Shown: positions 8,821 to 19,387, counted from the stretch's first letter. The stretch: DNA of 64,000 nt from Firmicutes bacterium ADurb.Bin193 (GCA_002070105.1 MWCQ01000012.1:6754-70753); one strand, 5' to 3'. Numbers and translations are program-made. Notes: generated by a model not told the origin, from the letters alone.

Positions 8821-9195
8821 TCAGAAGTCAAAAGAATGCGGTTTTCGTGTTCCAAGTTCGCCATGCGCCTTCATATGGCATGAACGGCATAGTGACACAA
8901 GGTTTGAACGCTCATGTGTTCCACCCTCCGAGAGCGGGGTGCGGTGATGGACTTCCTCCGCCAAATGGTAGATGCCTTGTTTCAAACACTCCTCACACAT
9001 GGGAGATTCACGGATTTTTCTGTCTCTGATTCGTTTCCACGCGCGTCCGTACATATTCTTGTCGGTGGGTCGCTGGTATCGGTTGTAAAAACGTTCCGTT
9101 TCTGTTTTATGTTCCGGGCAGTAAATCTCACCGTCCCCGGCGGAGCTGGCGCAACCGTTCATTCGACACGGCCTTTTTGGTTTTCTCGGCATCAA
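8821..9195 (-). CDS. HNH endonuclease
   Basis: CEECLKQG...VHHRTPLSEGGTHERSNLVSLCRSCHMKAH. Confidence 0.85.
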   Translation of the reverse strand: MMPRKPKRPCRMNGCASSAGDGEIYCPEHKTETERFYNRYQRPTDKNMYGRAWKRIRDRKIRESPMCEECLKQGIYHLAEEVHHRTPLSEGGTHERSNLVSLCRSCHMKAHGELGTRKPHSFDF

Positions 9196-9314
9196 ATCAC
9201 CTCTGTTTGGGCATCAAAAAAGCCATCTTAGGCTTTCACTCCTACAATGGCTCCTTTGATTATATTTTTCTGATTATATACTATCACAAAGGGGTACATG
9301 ACAAACAGTGACAA

Positions 9315-9731
9315 TTACTGCTGAGTTTGCGTAAACACAATTTTTTCAATTGCTTCATCGTGAAGACGATATACATGACGGACGTTGTATCCCATGTCAA
9401 CAGCAATTTGTTCCCATGTTTTGAAGCATAAGTATCGAAGCTCCAATAGCGTCTGATACTCTGTGTTATCTACAGCTTTTATGAGCTTTACCATTTCACG
9501 CTTTAAATCGACAAGCCTGTCTATGTCAGAATTAATTTCTGCCTGCAGGTCAACGATTTTGGCTACGGCGTCTTCCATTGCAGAGGTGCCACGATTGGGA
9601 TTACGCGGCATACCAGTAAGTGTTGAAGTGCATTTTGTCGCTAGTCCATTCAGAGAGGCAATCTGCTCCAGTTTCGAGTTTATACGCTGATCAATACGGT
9701 ATGCCTGCCCAAGATATTCTTTTGCAGTCAT
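9315..9731 (-). CDS. Phage transcriptional regulator with a sigma-70 region-4-like HTH (DUF1492-like)
   Basis: C-terminal YQTLLELRYLCFKTWEQIAVDMGYNVRHVYRLHDEAIEKI. Confidence 0.55.
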   Translation of the reverse strand: MTAKEYLGQAYRIDQRINSKLEQIASLNGLATKCTSTLTGMPRNPNRGTSAMEDAVAKIVDLQAEINSDIDRLVDLKREMVKLIKAVDNTEYQTLLELRYLCFKTWEQIAVDMGYNVRHVYRLHDEAIEKIVFTQTQQ

Positions 9732-9949
9732 GCCGCCACCTCCGCATTAAGACGCTTGATAAGCATTTCCGGTTCAAGATTGGTTAAAACACGAAACCAG
9801 TCGGAGCGGAAGAAGCGCAAGAGACTGCTTTTTTCCCTGATAGCATCCCGGTGATATGGGTGCTTGTATAAAATTCGTAGAACCTTTCTATAATCCGCAA
9901 CCGCTCTCAAAATGATAGCATTTGATAAGTTTTCATACGGTGTGTTCAT
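9728..9949 (-). CDS. Hypothetical phage protein
   Basis: 73-aa ORF whose stop overlaps the next start by 4 nt. No recognisable motif. Confidence 0.4.
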   Translation of the reverse strand: MNTPYENLSNAIILRAVADYRKVLRILYKHPYHRDAIREKSSLLRFFRSDWFRVLTNLEPEMLIKRLNAEVAA

Positions 9950-9996
9950 AATCGTACCTCCGAATATTTATTTCTCTCGGATTTTTGTTGATTTTC

Positions 9997-11361
9997 TCAG
10001 ATTTTCAAATCTGCCTTTACGGCATCAATCAGGGCTGACTGCGTGTGATCCTTGGCAAAAAGTGCCTTCAGTATCCGGCTGTCGATGGTGCCCTTTGTGA
10101 TGATGTGCTGCACCACAACCGTATCCGCAGTTTGTCCCTGTCTCCACAGACGGGCGTTTGTCTGTTGGTAAAGCTCTAAAGACCATGTCAGCCCGAACCA
10201 TATGATGGTGGAGCCACCACTCTGCAGGTTGAGGCCATGTCCGGCAGAGGCGGGATGCACCAGTGCCACAGGCAGTTCTCCTGCATTCCATCTGCGAATG
10301 CTTTCAGGTGTATCGAGCTGGGAGAACGGTATGTGGAGTTTATGCAGTCGCTCGGATATTCTGGCAAGGTCATGCTTGAACCAGTAGGCCACCAGCACCG
10401 GTTTGCCGTTCGCTGCTTCAATTAAATCCTCCAGTGCATCCAGCTTACGGCCGTGAATGTGGACTATGTCGCCAACATCGTCATAGACAGCACCGTTAGC
10501 CATCTGGGAGAGCTTGTTTGATAGGGCGGCAGCATTGGCAGCGGTAATATCGCCGTCAGGGAGCTGCAACACGAGGTCGTTTTTCAGATCGTCATAGCGT
10601 TTCTGTTCGTCCTCGGAAAGTTGAACATCATACTCGCTGCTAACGAGTTCCGGCATCTGGAGATGGTCAGTGGATTTCATGCTAATGGTGATATCCGAAA
10701 TTTTGCGGTATATTGCTTCCTCTGCTCCGGGCAACGGTTTATATGAATAGATGATCTGACCGTTCCTCTTGTCAGGCATGAAATAGCTTGTACGATACTG
10801 TCCAATGAAGCGGCCGAGACGCTGGCCCATATCCAGAAGCCTGTATTCAGCCCACAAATCCATGAGACCGTTTGCGGACGGTGTACCAGTCAGTCCTATA
10901 ATGCGACGGATGCGTGGGCGGACCTTCATCAGTGCCCGGAAGCGCTTTGCCTGATAGCTCTTGAAGGATGACAGTTCGTCGACAACCACAGTATCGAAGT
11001 CAAATGGTATGCCGCTGTCCTCAATGAGCCACTGAACATTTTCCCTGTTTATAATACAGATGTCCGTTTGCTGTAGGAGAGCTGCTTTGCGTTCTGTTTC
11101 AGTCCCAACCGCTACGGAATATGTTAGTAGCGACAAGTGATCCCATTTCTGAATTTCGGAAGGCCATGTATCGCGTGCTACACGTAGAGGCGCTATAACA
11201 AGAATACGGTGAGCCACGAATCTGTCAAACAACAGGTTCAGAATGGCAGTCAATGTGATGCTTGTTTTTCCAAGGCCCATATCCAGCAGGACTGCTGCGA
11301 TAGGATGTGTCTCAATGTAGTCAATAGCAAAGGACTGGTAGTTATGTGGTTTGTATATCAT
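9997..11361 (-). CDS. SNF2-family helicase
   Basis: LDMGLGKT (motif I), VVVDELSSFK (motif II), LTGTP, and a C-terminal helicase domain with RLWRQGQ. Start taken at MIYKPHNYQ (11361). Confidence 0.85.
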   Translation of the reverse strand: MIYKPHNYQSFAIDYIETHPIAAVLLDMGLGKTSITLTAILNLLFDRFVAHRILVIAPLRVARDTWPSEIQKWDHLSLLTYSVAVGTETERKAALLQQTDICIINRENVQWLIEDSGIPFDFDTVVVDELSSFKSYQAKRFRALMKVRPRIRRIIGLTGTPSANGLMDLWAEYRLLDMGQRLGRFIGQYRTSYFMPDKRNGQIIYSYKPLPGAEEAIYRKISDITISMKSTDHLQMPELVSSEYDVQLSEDEQKRYDDLKNDLVLQLPDGDITAANAAALSNKLSQMANGAVYDDVGDIVHIHGRKLDALEDLIEAANGKPVLVAYWFKHDLARISERLHKLHIPFSQLDTPESIRRWNAGELPVALVHPASAGHGLNLQSGGSTIIWFGLTWSLELYQQTNARLWRQGQTADTVVVQHIITKGTIDSRILKALFAKDHTQSALIDAVKADLKI

Positions 11362-11623
11362 CAAGAACCCCTCCAATCTGACCTGCATTGTCCAACACGT
11401 AAACCTTAAATCCCAGCTTTCGTAGCATCCGGTGTCTGGCCTCCTGCAAAGGGCGTGGTACCTTGCCGGGCGCCTTGACTTCCACAAAGGCCATGTGACC
11501 ACCCGGTAAAAGTACGATGCGATCAGGCATGCCACTCATGCCCGGCGATACAAACTTCAGAGCCAGACCACCTGCTTGCTTTACCATCAGTGTGAATTTT
11601 TGCTCGATTTCTTTTTCTCTCAT
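11342..11623 (-). CDS. VRR-NUC domain nuclease
   Basis: GMPDRIVLLPGGHMAFVEVKAPG (D...EVK). Start taken at MREKEIEQ. Confidence 0.8.
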   Translation of the reverse strand: MREKEIEQKFTLMVKQAGGLALKFVSPGMSGMPDRIVLLPGGHMAFVEVKAPGKVPRPLQEARHRMLRKLGFKVYVLDNAGQIGGVLDDIQTT

Positions 11624-11747
11624 GGTCGTTTTCTCCTTACAAGTGACCTCGGCATATGTCATTTACCAAACTTTTTCTTACATATTTTTTTATACTCTTA
11701 ATAAAATTTTTGTAATAGACCTTCGTCGAGGTCACTTGATTATCTCT

Positions 11748-14024
11748 TTACTGTAGTAAGTTCTCAAAATCTCCGTTATCGGTTTTGAGGCGAAGCCCGG
11801 CGAAATAACGTCTGCCATCACGGACAATACGGTCAAAACCTGCCTTTTCAAGTGCAAAGTAAAAATCTGCTGTGCTGCGGACATATTCATTTGTGTCAAT
11901 ACTGTAATTTCGATACGCCTGATACAAAGCACCGGAGCTTTCACGGAAGCTGGTATCAAGCTCACATTTGTCGTCAAGAAAATGGCCAAACCAGTCATTT
12001 TGCGACCGGTACTCGTCGATTGCTTTCTGCACGCATGCCGGAACGGGAATATTGTACTCCAGCGCGATAACCTTTTGCGCACCCTCAATGATCCATGCAA
12101 GAATGCTCTCTCCGGCGTTGTTGTAAAGATATTCACCATAATTTTTGATGTCGCTCTGGCCTTCAATTTTTGCATCGAACGGAATCACGATTAGCCTTCG
12201 CCAGATACCGTCGTCAGAGGCGCTGACCTTTGGTAGGTGATTAGTGTAAAGCACCAGCGTGTGGCAAGGCGTAAAACTGAATGGGTCCTTGTACTTTTTC
12301 TCAGCAAAAACGTCATCTGTGGAGCATAACTGCTTAACGGTTGAGTCGTTAAGCCGAGCACCTTCCTGCATTTCAGCTGCAATCAATAGGCGCTTACCCT
12401 TGACCTCTGCAAGCTCCGGCTTGATGTTACGGCGACAACCGACCGTTAGGGTGTCAGCGGATATGTTGCCGCTATACAGCCCCAATACTCGTGAAACAGC
12501 ATTCCAGAAGGTGGATTTACCGTTTCGCCCATCACCGTAGGCAATAATTAGAGCTTCCACATAGACCTTACCGATTGCAGCAAGTCCGCAGATCATTTGC
12601 ACGTATTCGATGAGCTCCTGATCCTTGCGGAAAATGAGGTCAAGGCTGTCTCGCCATAGCTGCTCGCCTTTGTTGCTGGGAGATACGGATGTAATTTTGG
12701 TGATATAGTCGGACGGTGAGTGTTCCCGCACACCTGCTACACCTTTGCGGAGATCGTAGGTAGCTTCCGGTGTGCAAAGGAGAAAACAGTCTGCATCCAA
12801 ATCACGCGGGGATATTTCCAGCATCGGGCGCGCTTCTTTCAGCGTTGCAGTGATGTTTTTAGAATCGCGGCGGCGAATTGCAAATGATTGATATGCCTTG
12901 GCTGCGAGAAATTCCGTATATGCTTCAGACTGTGCATCATTGAACAGAGCTTCAGCCTTTGCCTTTGATGTCGTGTCGAGGATGCTTTGTGCGCCGCAAT
13001 CGGTTAGCTTCTTGGCGGCGGCCAGTAGGTCTTTCGTCGATTCTTTCAGTTGGCGGCGAGTAAGCTCATGAGCAACCGCCTGCGCACCGGGCTCAGTTTC
13101 TTTCCAGTAATGCTCTGTGTAACGTATGAAGTGTGTGGCAGGGGAATAGCGCAGCTCACCTGAAAAGTGTTTTGCTAGTACCTCAGCCTGCCCGACATCT
13201 GAGAAATCTTCAGGCTTATATGAGGTGTCGTCGTTATATATCTCCGGTGGAACGTAACCGTCCTGTTGCTGTACTCTGGCATAAAATCTCTGTGCACTGT
13301 GCCAAATGGTCGAAAGCTCAGAGTCCTCCAGCGGCGGTGTGCATTTGGCAGCTTCATCAAGAAAGCACTGGTATGCTTCCGCACTATCACCATATTTCTT
13401 GATGACCCGACCGGCAAAGCGTGACATGGTGGCATTGCGACTGCCTTCCGGGATGATCATACTGGATCTGTGGCCGCTAGGCATATTTGAATCAAAGTCA
13501 TCGTTCTCCAGAAACTCTGTCAGATTCATGTTGCCTGGGAAAAGCTCTACTTCAACGGTAGAGGTGCCGAAGAAGAAGCGTGCTGCGTCTAGCGCTTTAT
13601 TATCAAAGTATGGGAAAATAGAATTCACCAGTTTCTTCATATCGCTGTAAGCAGCCGCATCGGTCATGCGTGTGATCGGGAAAAGAATATGAAATTTTGG
13701 CCGAGCAGGCTTTCCGTTTTTCTCGCGCATGTTGTAGCGGCTGTAATGAACTGCAAAGCGAACATCAGGGAAAGCGGTAGCGACGTCGGCTGGTAAGACC
13801 CAATCAGAAGGGTCCTCGGAATGATCGTTGTCACAGTCGACCGGGAGGCAGTCTGCACCCAAAAAGTTGTCGCTGCTTCGATAGCTGTTTTTATACTCAG
13901 CGCAGACATAGTCGTGGCAAACGGCAGCTCGCAGGCTGTCAACATCCGTGACCTCGGTTTTATTGGGATAGGAGCAATTGCCAGGGTTGCCGATGATGTC
14001 GGCACTATATAAGGTGAACATCAA
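11748..14024 (-). CDS. Phage/plasmid primase-helicase (P4/D5-type; N-terminal primase-like region plus C-terminal SF3-like NTPase)
   Basis: Walker A GDGRNGKSTFWN, followed by a D5/VirE-like C-terminal region. 758 aa. Confidence 0.85.
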   Translation of the reverse strand: MMFTLYSADIIGNPGNCSYPNKTEVTDVDSLRAAVCHDYVCAEYKNSYRSSDNFLGADCLPVDCDNDHSEDPSDWVLPADVATAFPDVRFAVHYSRYNMREKNGKPARPKFHILFPITRMTDAAAYSDMKKLVNSIFPYFDNKALDAARFFFGTSTVEVELFPGNMNLTEFLENDDFDSNMPSGHRSSMIIPEGSRNATMSRFAGRVIKKYGDSAEAYQCFLDEAAKCTPPLEDSELSTIWHSAQRFYARVQQQDGYVPPEIYNDDTSYKPEDFSDVGQAEVLAKHFSGELRYSPATHFIRYTEHYWKETEPGAQAVAHELTRRQLKESTKDLLAAAKKLTDCGAQSILDTTSKAKAEALFNDAQSEAYTEFLAAKAYQSFAIRRRDSKNITATLKEARPMLEISPRDLDADCFLLCTPEATYDLRKGVAGVREHSPSDYITKITSVSPSNKGEQLWRDSLDLIFRKDQELIEYVQMICGLAAIGKVYVEALIIAYGDGRNGKSTFWNAVSRVLGLYSGNISADTLTVGCRRNIKPELAEVKGKRLLIAAEMQEGARLNDSTVKQLCSTDDVFAEKKYKDPFSFTPCHTLVLYTNHLPKVSASDDGIWRRLIVIPFDAKIEGQSDIKNYGEYLYNNAGESILAWIIEGAQKVIALEYNIPVPACVQKAIDEYRSQNDWFGHFLDDKCELDTSFRESSGALYQAYRNYSIDTNEYVRSTADFYFALEKAGFDRIVRDGRRYFAGLRLKTDNGDFENLLQ

Positions 14025-14344
14025 TCGTACACCTCCTTCGCGCCATCCTCCAGAACCTTGGTAATGAATTTGAGTGCCATGATAATAGTTTCAAGCTCAT
14101 AGTCGCCGCCGAGGCTAACTTCAAAACCTTCATCACCATATCGGCCAAGTGGGTGCACCTGAATATCTGTGCCGCCTTGATTTTCTATGCGGAAATAAGT
14201 GCGGCTGCCATGTCCTGTATCACCGCCCTGATATCCGTTTGTGCCGGCTTCAACTTCGAGGATATTGGCGCTTACAATTTCGCGCTTATAAGTGGGAACA
14301 TCTATGCCGCCAATGCGGCGTGTACCTTCAGTGATTGCAAACAT
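14021..14344 (-). CDS. Hypothetical phage protein
   Basis: ATG 14344 (MFAITEG) follows GGAGGAGG. The stop overlaps the primase start. Confidence 0.45.
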   Translation of the reverse strand: MFAITEGTRRIGGIDVPTYKREIVSANILEVEAGTNGYQGGDTGHGSRTYFRIENQGGTDIQVHPLGRYGDEGFEVSLGGDYELETIIMALKFITKVLEDGAKEVYD

Positions 14345-14765
14345 CTTGTACCTCCTCCAAATCTTCTGTGAAGTAACGCAGGCGGTAGTTTTTCCACCTG
14401 GCTCTTTTAATCTCAACCTGCATGCCGGGAGAGATAGTGCTGCCGAATACCCAAACCTCGGAGCATTTGCTCATTAAGGCATTTCCAAAGAATAATCCCA
14501 ATTTTCGTTCCTGTGGGTCTGTGTCGTCCATAAACTGAGGAAAAAGCAAATGCGGTGCGACCGGGATGAAACCCTTGTCCACAGCAAAACGGCTGTAACT
14601 ACGCGCTGCGTTTACGTTTTTTTCAATGTCTCCAGCATAAGGAGAACAGATATAAACGATTGGCCTGAAAGCGCGGAGTGAGCGTTCCTCTTTCTCTATC
14701 AACGACAGGGCTTCATAGGCGGTTGGGTCTGGGTAACCCTCACTATTGTGTTTATCGATACTCAT
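14328..14765 (-). CDS. DUF4406 / nucleoside 2-deoxyribosyltransferase-like protein
   Basis: PIVYICSPYAGD...VAPHLLFP...EVWVFG pattern. ATG 14765 follows AAAGGAGG. Confidence 0.5.
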   Translation of the reverse strand: MSIDKHNSEGYPDPTAYEALSLIEKEERSLRAFRPIVYICSPYAGDIEKNVNAARSYSRFAVDKGFIPVAPHLLFPQFMDDTDPQERKLGLFFGNALMSKCSEVWVFGSTISPGMQVEIKRARWKNYRLRYFTEDLEEVQDVCNH

Positions 14766-14841
14766 TGTGAGCCTCCTTTCACGACGGGCTGCCACCCATC
14801 TATATCAACTGGAGGTGACAGCCCGCTTTTGACGAAAATAA

Positions 14842-16782
14842 TCAGTCTTTTTTATAAAAATTTGTCTCGTACCCATCTGCACGAAGCAACAGTCCTTTTG
14901 CCCAGGGTGGAGTTTTGCCCATCTGTTCGCAGACCTCTTGCAAAGACATATGCTTATCAGCCTCGATAACCACTTCATCATGGATGTGCATGACAATGGA
15001 GCATTTTTGAAGTGTCTGAATGGCATAGGAAAGAATGTCGCGGGCAGTTGCCTGAACAATGTTTTCCACGAATTTTGGGCCGTAGGAATCTAAACGTTCC
15101 CATTTCTTCGTGCTACCGATGCCTTCATAGGTGATACACTGACCACCGAACCTGTTTTCACCAATACGCGGCTTTACGTAGGATAGCCTACGGCCGGAGG
15201 GCAACGTGATAAAGAGCATCCCACTCTGACATGAGAACACAATGCCATGTGTACTATTGGTGTGCTTATTGCGGACAGCCTCAATCGCTGCCCCGTCAAC
15301 GTCCCACCAGAGTTTTACGATATTCGGGTTGGCCTGCCGCCACGCATCAACTAGAGCAGGAAGTTCATCTTCAGTCAGACCCATCTCCAGAGCACCCATT
15401 GCTTTGAGCGCACCGACAGAACCACCGTAACCGAGCGCCAATTCTGCGATTTTGCCTTTTTGCCGCAGATGCCCGTTAACGCCATGTTTCTCAACCGGAA
15501 CCTTGAACATCTGACTGGCGCTGGCACAGTAAATATCGCCGCCCTTAGTAAAGACAGTCTGACGCCACTGCTCACCCGCAAGCCACGCGATAACACGGGC
15601 TTCGATTGCCGAAAAGTCAGAGACGATGAACTTTGCGCCGGTGCGCGGCACGAATGCAGTACGAATTAGCTGCGATAGTGTATCAGGGACGTCTTCATAT
15701 AAGAACTCCAGCGCATCAAAATCTCCGCAACGAACGAGAGCGCGAGCCTGCTCCAAGTCGGGGAGATGGTTCTGCGGCAGGTTTTGCATTTGAATGAGTC
15801 TGCCGGCCCAGCGACCGGTTCGGTTGGCACCATAAAACTGAAACATGCCGCGCGCACGACCATCACTACAAACGGCAGTCTCCATCGCCTGGTATTTCCG
15901 CACGGATGATTTGGCAAGCTGTTGTCGAATGGAAAGAGCGTCGCCGAGGGGTTTTGGTGCAGTTTTCAAAAGGTCTGCAACGGCTTTTTTGCCGAGCGTA
16001 TCTGTTTCCAGCCCGTTATCCGCTAGCCACTGCTTCATCTGTTGTACCGAGTTCGGGTTGTCCAAATCAGTCAAATCTTTCATTGCCTTGGTGAGCTGTA
16101 GTCGGGATCGACCGTCCATGACAATGGCCTGCTTGACCAGCGTCATATCCAGAGCGACGCCACGGTCGTTAATTTGCTGATCAAGATGGTATTCGCCCCA
16201 TATTCGATTCGGCACCGGAAATTTAGAGAGCTTCTCTTGAACAGACATTTCTGTTTCCACATCTCGGGCGTTATACCGTTTGAAAGCTGCCCACTTGTCT
16301 GGAGAATGATATGGATGATTACGGGTGCGACCGTCATTGGATTTAGTTGGAGTGCAGGGCTGACAGAAGTATTTAATAAGTTCTTTACTCTCAGTGAGCT
16401 TTTGCTTTTCGAGCCCCAGCACTGCACCTACACCTTCCAGCGATAGTGGCAGACCCATTGTCGCCGCCCATACCATTGAGCAACACCATTGAGATGGGTC
16501 GAGATATTCTCCGGTCGGTAGCCCAAGAAACCGTGAAAGGCAGACACGTTCAAAGTTGGCATTGAAGGCCCATTTCGTTATAGCCTTGTCTGTAAGCACT
16601 GCCATAATCTCAGATGGGAGTTTTTCACCACAGGCAAGGTCAATGAGCTGAACTGGACCGCTGTCTATGCTATATCCGAACAGAAGAATCTCAAAATCGG
16701 GAGCCTCCGCATATTTATAAACACCGCATTTTAAGAGCGGTGCGCTGCTGTAGGTTTCAATATCTATAGAGAGTGTTTTCAT
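14842..16782 (-). CDS. Family-A DNA polymerase with 3'-5' exonuclease domain
   Basis: LSIDIETYS (Exo I), RQKGKIAELALGYGGS (motif B), HIHDEVVIEA (motif C). Confidence 0.9.
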   Translation of the reverse strand: MKTLSIDIETYSSAPLLKCGVYKYAEAPDFEILLFGYSIDSGPVQLIDLACGEKLPSEIMAVLTDKAITKWAFNANFERVCLSRFLGLPTGEYLDPSQWCCSMVWAATMGLPLSLEGVGAVLGLEKQKLTESKELIKYFCQPCTPTKSNDGRTRNHPYHSPDKWAAFKRYNARDVETEMSVQEKLSKFPVPNRIWGEYHLDQQINDRGVALDMTLVKQAIVMDGRSRLQLTKAMKDLTDLDNPNSVQQMKQWLADNGLETDTLGKKAVADLLKTAPKPLGDALSIRQQLAKSSVRKYQAMETAVCSDGRARGMFQFYGANRTGRWAGRLIQMQNLPQNHLPDLEQARALVRCGDFDALEFLYEDVPDTLSQLIRTAFVPRTGAKFIVSDFSAIEARVIAWLAGEQWRQTVFTKGGDIYCASASQMFKVPVEKHGVNGHLRQKGKIAELALGYGGSVGALKAMGALEMGLTEDELPALVDAWRQANPNIVKLWWDVDGAAIEAVRNKHTNSTHGIVFSCQSGMLFITLPSGRRLSYVKPRIGENRFGGQCITYEGIGSTKKWERLDSYGPKFVENIVQATARDILSYAIQTLQKCSIVMHIHDEVVIEADKHMSLQEVCEQMGKTPPWAKGLLLRADGYETNFYKKD

Positions 16783-16847
16783 TTAAACCATCCTTTTCAA
16801 AGGCCTAAATGGGTGGCAGGATTGCTCCCACCACCCATGAGCCAGGT

Positions 16848-17063
16848 TTACCTTTTGAGCTGATCCATGCGCTTTTTGTGATATTCCTCATCACGGGCGG
16901 CGCGCTCCCTTTCAAACTGGAGCCTTTCAGCTTCCCACTGAGCAGTGCGCTTTTCACGCTTACGGGTTTCAACAACATCAAGGATGGAGTGAATAATCCA
17001 AAAAACCACCAGAGCAAGGTAAAGGCTAAGAAGAAGGATACAAAGAATAGCTGTTATTTCCAT
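16848..17063 (-). CDS. Small membrane protein
   Basis: N-terminal hydrophobic helix ITAILCILLLSLYLALVVFWII followed by a charged tail. Confidence 0.4.
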   Translation of the reverse strand: MEITAILCILLLSLYLALVVFWIIHSILDVVETRKREKRTAQWEAERLQFERERAARDEEYHKKRMDQLKR

Positions 17064-17077
17064 AGTAATTTTCCTCC

Positions 17078-17653
17078 TTAGTTCAGAAAATCGTCATCGT
17101 TGTCAGATGCGAAATCGTTCTCTGCACTTGCTTTGCCACCAAGAGGCTCGCCAGCGCGAATGAGCTGCAGATTATTGAGCCCGCAAGCAATTCCCTTGTT
17201 GCCGTTGCTGTTGAAGGCATAGAAATTGATACTGGCGCGGCCGTAGACACCGGAGTACACCTCGGAGCGGGTGATGACGGGGTTGCGGTCAGCATCAACG
17301 ATACCGGGAGCGGTTGTAGAGTTCGCGTTAATAAAGTAGGCATTTGCGTAAGCAGGATCATCAGGGCGTTCGACGTCGCCGTCACGAAGTGGGTTTTTGA
17401 TTGCAGCCAGAGGCGGCACGGATTTGCCGTTACCCTTGAGCTTGGACTCACCTTCGCGATAGGCAGCTTCGATTGCAGCCTTCAGCTTGGCAACCGTCTT
17501 TGTGTCGGACTTTGGAATAATGAGGCTGACACTGTATTTTGGTGTGCCACCGTTGATGGACTTCGGTTCCCATACGTTGGCATATGACCAGCGGGTATCG
17601 GGACCGGTTATAACTTTCATGGGATTGTTGACTTTGTTCGTAGTATTAGACAT
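17078..17653 (-). CDS. DUF2815-type (gp2.5-like) ssDNA-binding protein
   Basis: MSNTTNK...RWSYANVWEPKS..., acidic tail DNDDDFLN, positioned next to DUF2800 and PolA. Confidence 0.65.
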   Translation of the reverse strand: MSNTTNKVNNPMKVITGPDTRWSYANVWEPKSINGGTPKYSVSLIIPKSDTKTVAKLKAAIEAAYREGESKLKGNGKSVPPLAAIKNPLRDGDVERPDDPAYANAYFINANSTTAPGIVDADRNPVITRSEVYSGVYGRASINFYAFNSNGNKGIACGLNNLQLIRAGEPLGGKASAENDFASDNDDDFLN

Positions 17654-17666
17654 ATGATTGTCCTCC

Positions 17667-18797
17667 TTAATTTTCATTAAAATCGGCTGCTGCCGTTGAC
17701 ATTGCCGGACGTTTATCACTCTCCGGCACAAGAGTGGGTTTGCCTTGCGGCTTTTCAATGTAAGGACTTAAGAGCTCATCAAAGCGGGATTTCCCGAGCA
17801 GCTTTTGCATGGCTGTGATACCGAGCACCTTACGCTCATACGGGTCGAAGCCTGCCTGCTCGACGACATCGGCAACAACCGCGTCGCTAACATATTTCCT
17901 GTTGGAACGACCCTCGACCAGCTTCCAGCCACTCCATTCCTTGCCGCTGATCGCCTGCTGCAGGGCGTATTCCTTGATGTCTGACGCCCATGAGATAAGC
18001 TCATCGACCTTTGACAAAATGTCCTCAATATCCTCATCTGTGAGGAGTGGCGGGAGCTTAAATTCATACTGCGCCAAAGCGAGATTTGATTCAGCACGGG
18101 CGCGGCAGTCGTTCTTTGCCTTACAGAAGCCGCACCACTCGCCACAGAGAAAATTGCCGTCGCCGGCGAATGCGAGTTCAGCGGTGGGTTTAAGAACTTC
18201 GTTAGCCCAGCGATACAGGTTATCCTTGGATATTTCATAGGTGCTGACGTTGTCTCTACGTGGTTGATAGATGGTCGTGCTGACGGTTTCTATGTCGTAG
18301 ATTTTGTCAAAAAGCTCCAGTGCACCGAGAGCGTAACACATAAGCTGTGGGTTTTCCTCGGCACGAACGAGCACGCCGAGTCCATGCTTGTAATCACAGA
18401 TTTTTAGGGTACCATCTGCGATTATAATGGCATCCGCTGTTCCGAAGCCTCCTTCCACCCAGCGTGAAAAATCGACGCGTTGTTCGATGAGAACCACAGG
18501 ATCGGAGCAGGCCTGTTTGGTGGCCTCGACCTGTTCGAGTACATAAGCGGCATAGCCATTGGCACATTCGTTCATTTCCTCATTGAAGTAGGTCAGGTTT
18601 TCGGTCGGGTCCTCGGCGGGCAGTCCCAGTGCCTTACGGAGTTTGTACTCGCAAAGAGCATGGGCTTCAGTGCCTTCGGCAGCGTAATCGCTACCCTTGT
18701 CCTCGAAGCTTTCGCACAATCGTGCGGATGGCGGGCAATGGAGCCAGCGGTCAGCACTTGATGCTGAGAGAATTGCATGTCCTTTAGGTGGCATCAT
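17667..18797 (-). CDS. DUF2800-type PD-(D/E)xK (Cas4-like) nuclease
   Basis: ILSASSADRWLHCPPS N-terminus, ...ICDYKHG..., C-terminal Cys cluster CGEWCGFCKAKNDC. Confidence 0.7.
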   Translation of the reverse strand: MMPPKGHAILSASSADRWLHCPPSARLCESFEDKGSDYAAEGTEAHALCEYKLRKALGLPAEDPTENLTYFNEEMNECANGYAAYVLEQVEATKQACSDPVVLIEQRVDFSRWVEGGFGTADAIIIADGTLKICDYKHGLGVLVRAEENPQLMCYALGALELFDKIYDIETVSTTIYQPRRDNVSTYEISKDNLYRWANEVLKPTAELAFAGDGNFLCGEWCGFCKAKNDCRARAESNLALAQYEFKLPPLLTDEDIEDILSKVDELISWASDIKEYALQQAISGKEWSGWKLVEGRSNRKYVSDAVVADVVEQAGFDPYERKVLGITAMQKLLGKSRFDELLSPYIEKPQGKPTLVPESDKRPAMSTAAADFNEN

Positions 18798-19095
18798 TTA
18801 GTACCTCCACTTCGGCAAGTAGCGCCTTATAGCTGGTTGGGGCAAGCTCTGAAAGTTTATCCGCACCATACTTCTGAAGCAATGAGCGAATCTCGGCGGT
18901 GTGACCTTTGCGGGATTTTTCCGCAAGCACTGCTCTTACTTCTTCCAATGTCAGCGCCGGCTCAGTTGCGGGAGATACTTCGGCCGGTTCATTAGCGCTG
19001 AATGTTTCGGCCAGCCAATTTGCTACGTCATTAATAGCCGCAGCAGCGCTGCGCAGTTCTTTAATAGACGCAGCCATTTCGCTCATTTTGCTCAT
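18784..19095 (-). CDS. Hypothetical phage protein
   Basis: ATG 19095 follows GGAAGGAGG. Confidence 0.4.
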   Translation of the reverse strand: MSKMSEMAASIKELRSAAAAINDVANWLAETFSANEPAEVSPATEPALTLEEVRAVLAEKSRKGHTAEIRSLLQKYGADKLSELAPTSYKALLAEVEVLNDAT

Positions 19096-19240
19096 CTGAC
19101 TTTCCTCCTTCCATGTGTTGACTCTGATCGGCAAGTATCTTCAGTTTTCTTGCCAGGCGTTTGGACACAACGCTGATTGCAGTAAGGACATCAATGAGCT
19201 CTCCGTCTACAGCGCGGGTCCGGGTATCGGTTTCGTACAT
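19061..19240 (-). CDS. Hypothetical small phage protein
   Basis: ATG 19240 (MYETD) follows GAGGAGG. Overlaps the next gene by about 35 nt. Confidence 0.3.
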   Translation of the reverse strand: MYETDTRTRAVDGELIDVLTAISVVSKRLARKLKILADQSQHMEGGKSDEQNERNGCVY

Positions 19241-19339
19241 TTTGTTCACCTCCTCGGAAGGAGCAGTTGTCGTTTTTGCTCTTTCCACTACCCACTGGAG
19301 GTTAGAAGGCTGTTTTGACGAAGGAAAATAAAATATTTT

Positions 19340-19380
19340 GAAAAAAATATCTCCGACCGTTTTATAGGACGGCCGGAGAT
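19340..19380 (-). terminator. Rho-independent terminator after the 19388..19900 gene
   Basis: Minus strand reads ATCTCCGGCCG-TCCTATAAAA-CGGTCGGAGAT (one mismatch) followed by ATTTTTTTC. Confidence 0.6.
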
Positions 19381-19387
19381 GTAGGGT

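Noticed and set aside
11362-11535. 5' extensions of ORF-track models (SNF2 at 11535, amidoligase at 2570, metK at 8264, dcm at 5814, ctp at 53332, and others)
   Set aside because: The extensions overlap upstream genes and translate to non-conserved sequence. Internal ATGs preceded by GGAGG-type sites coincide with the start of the recognisable domains.
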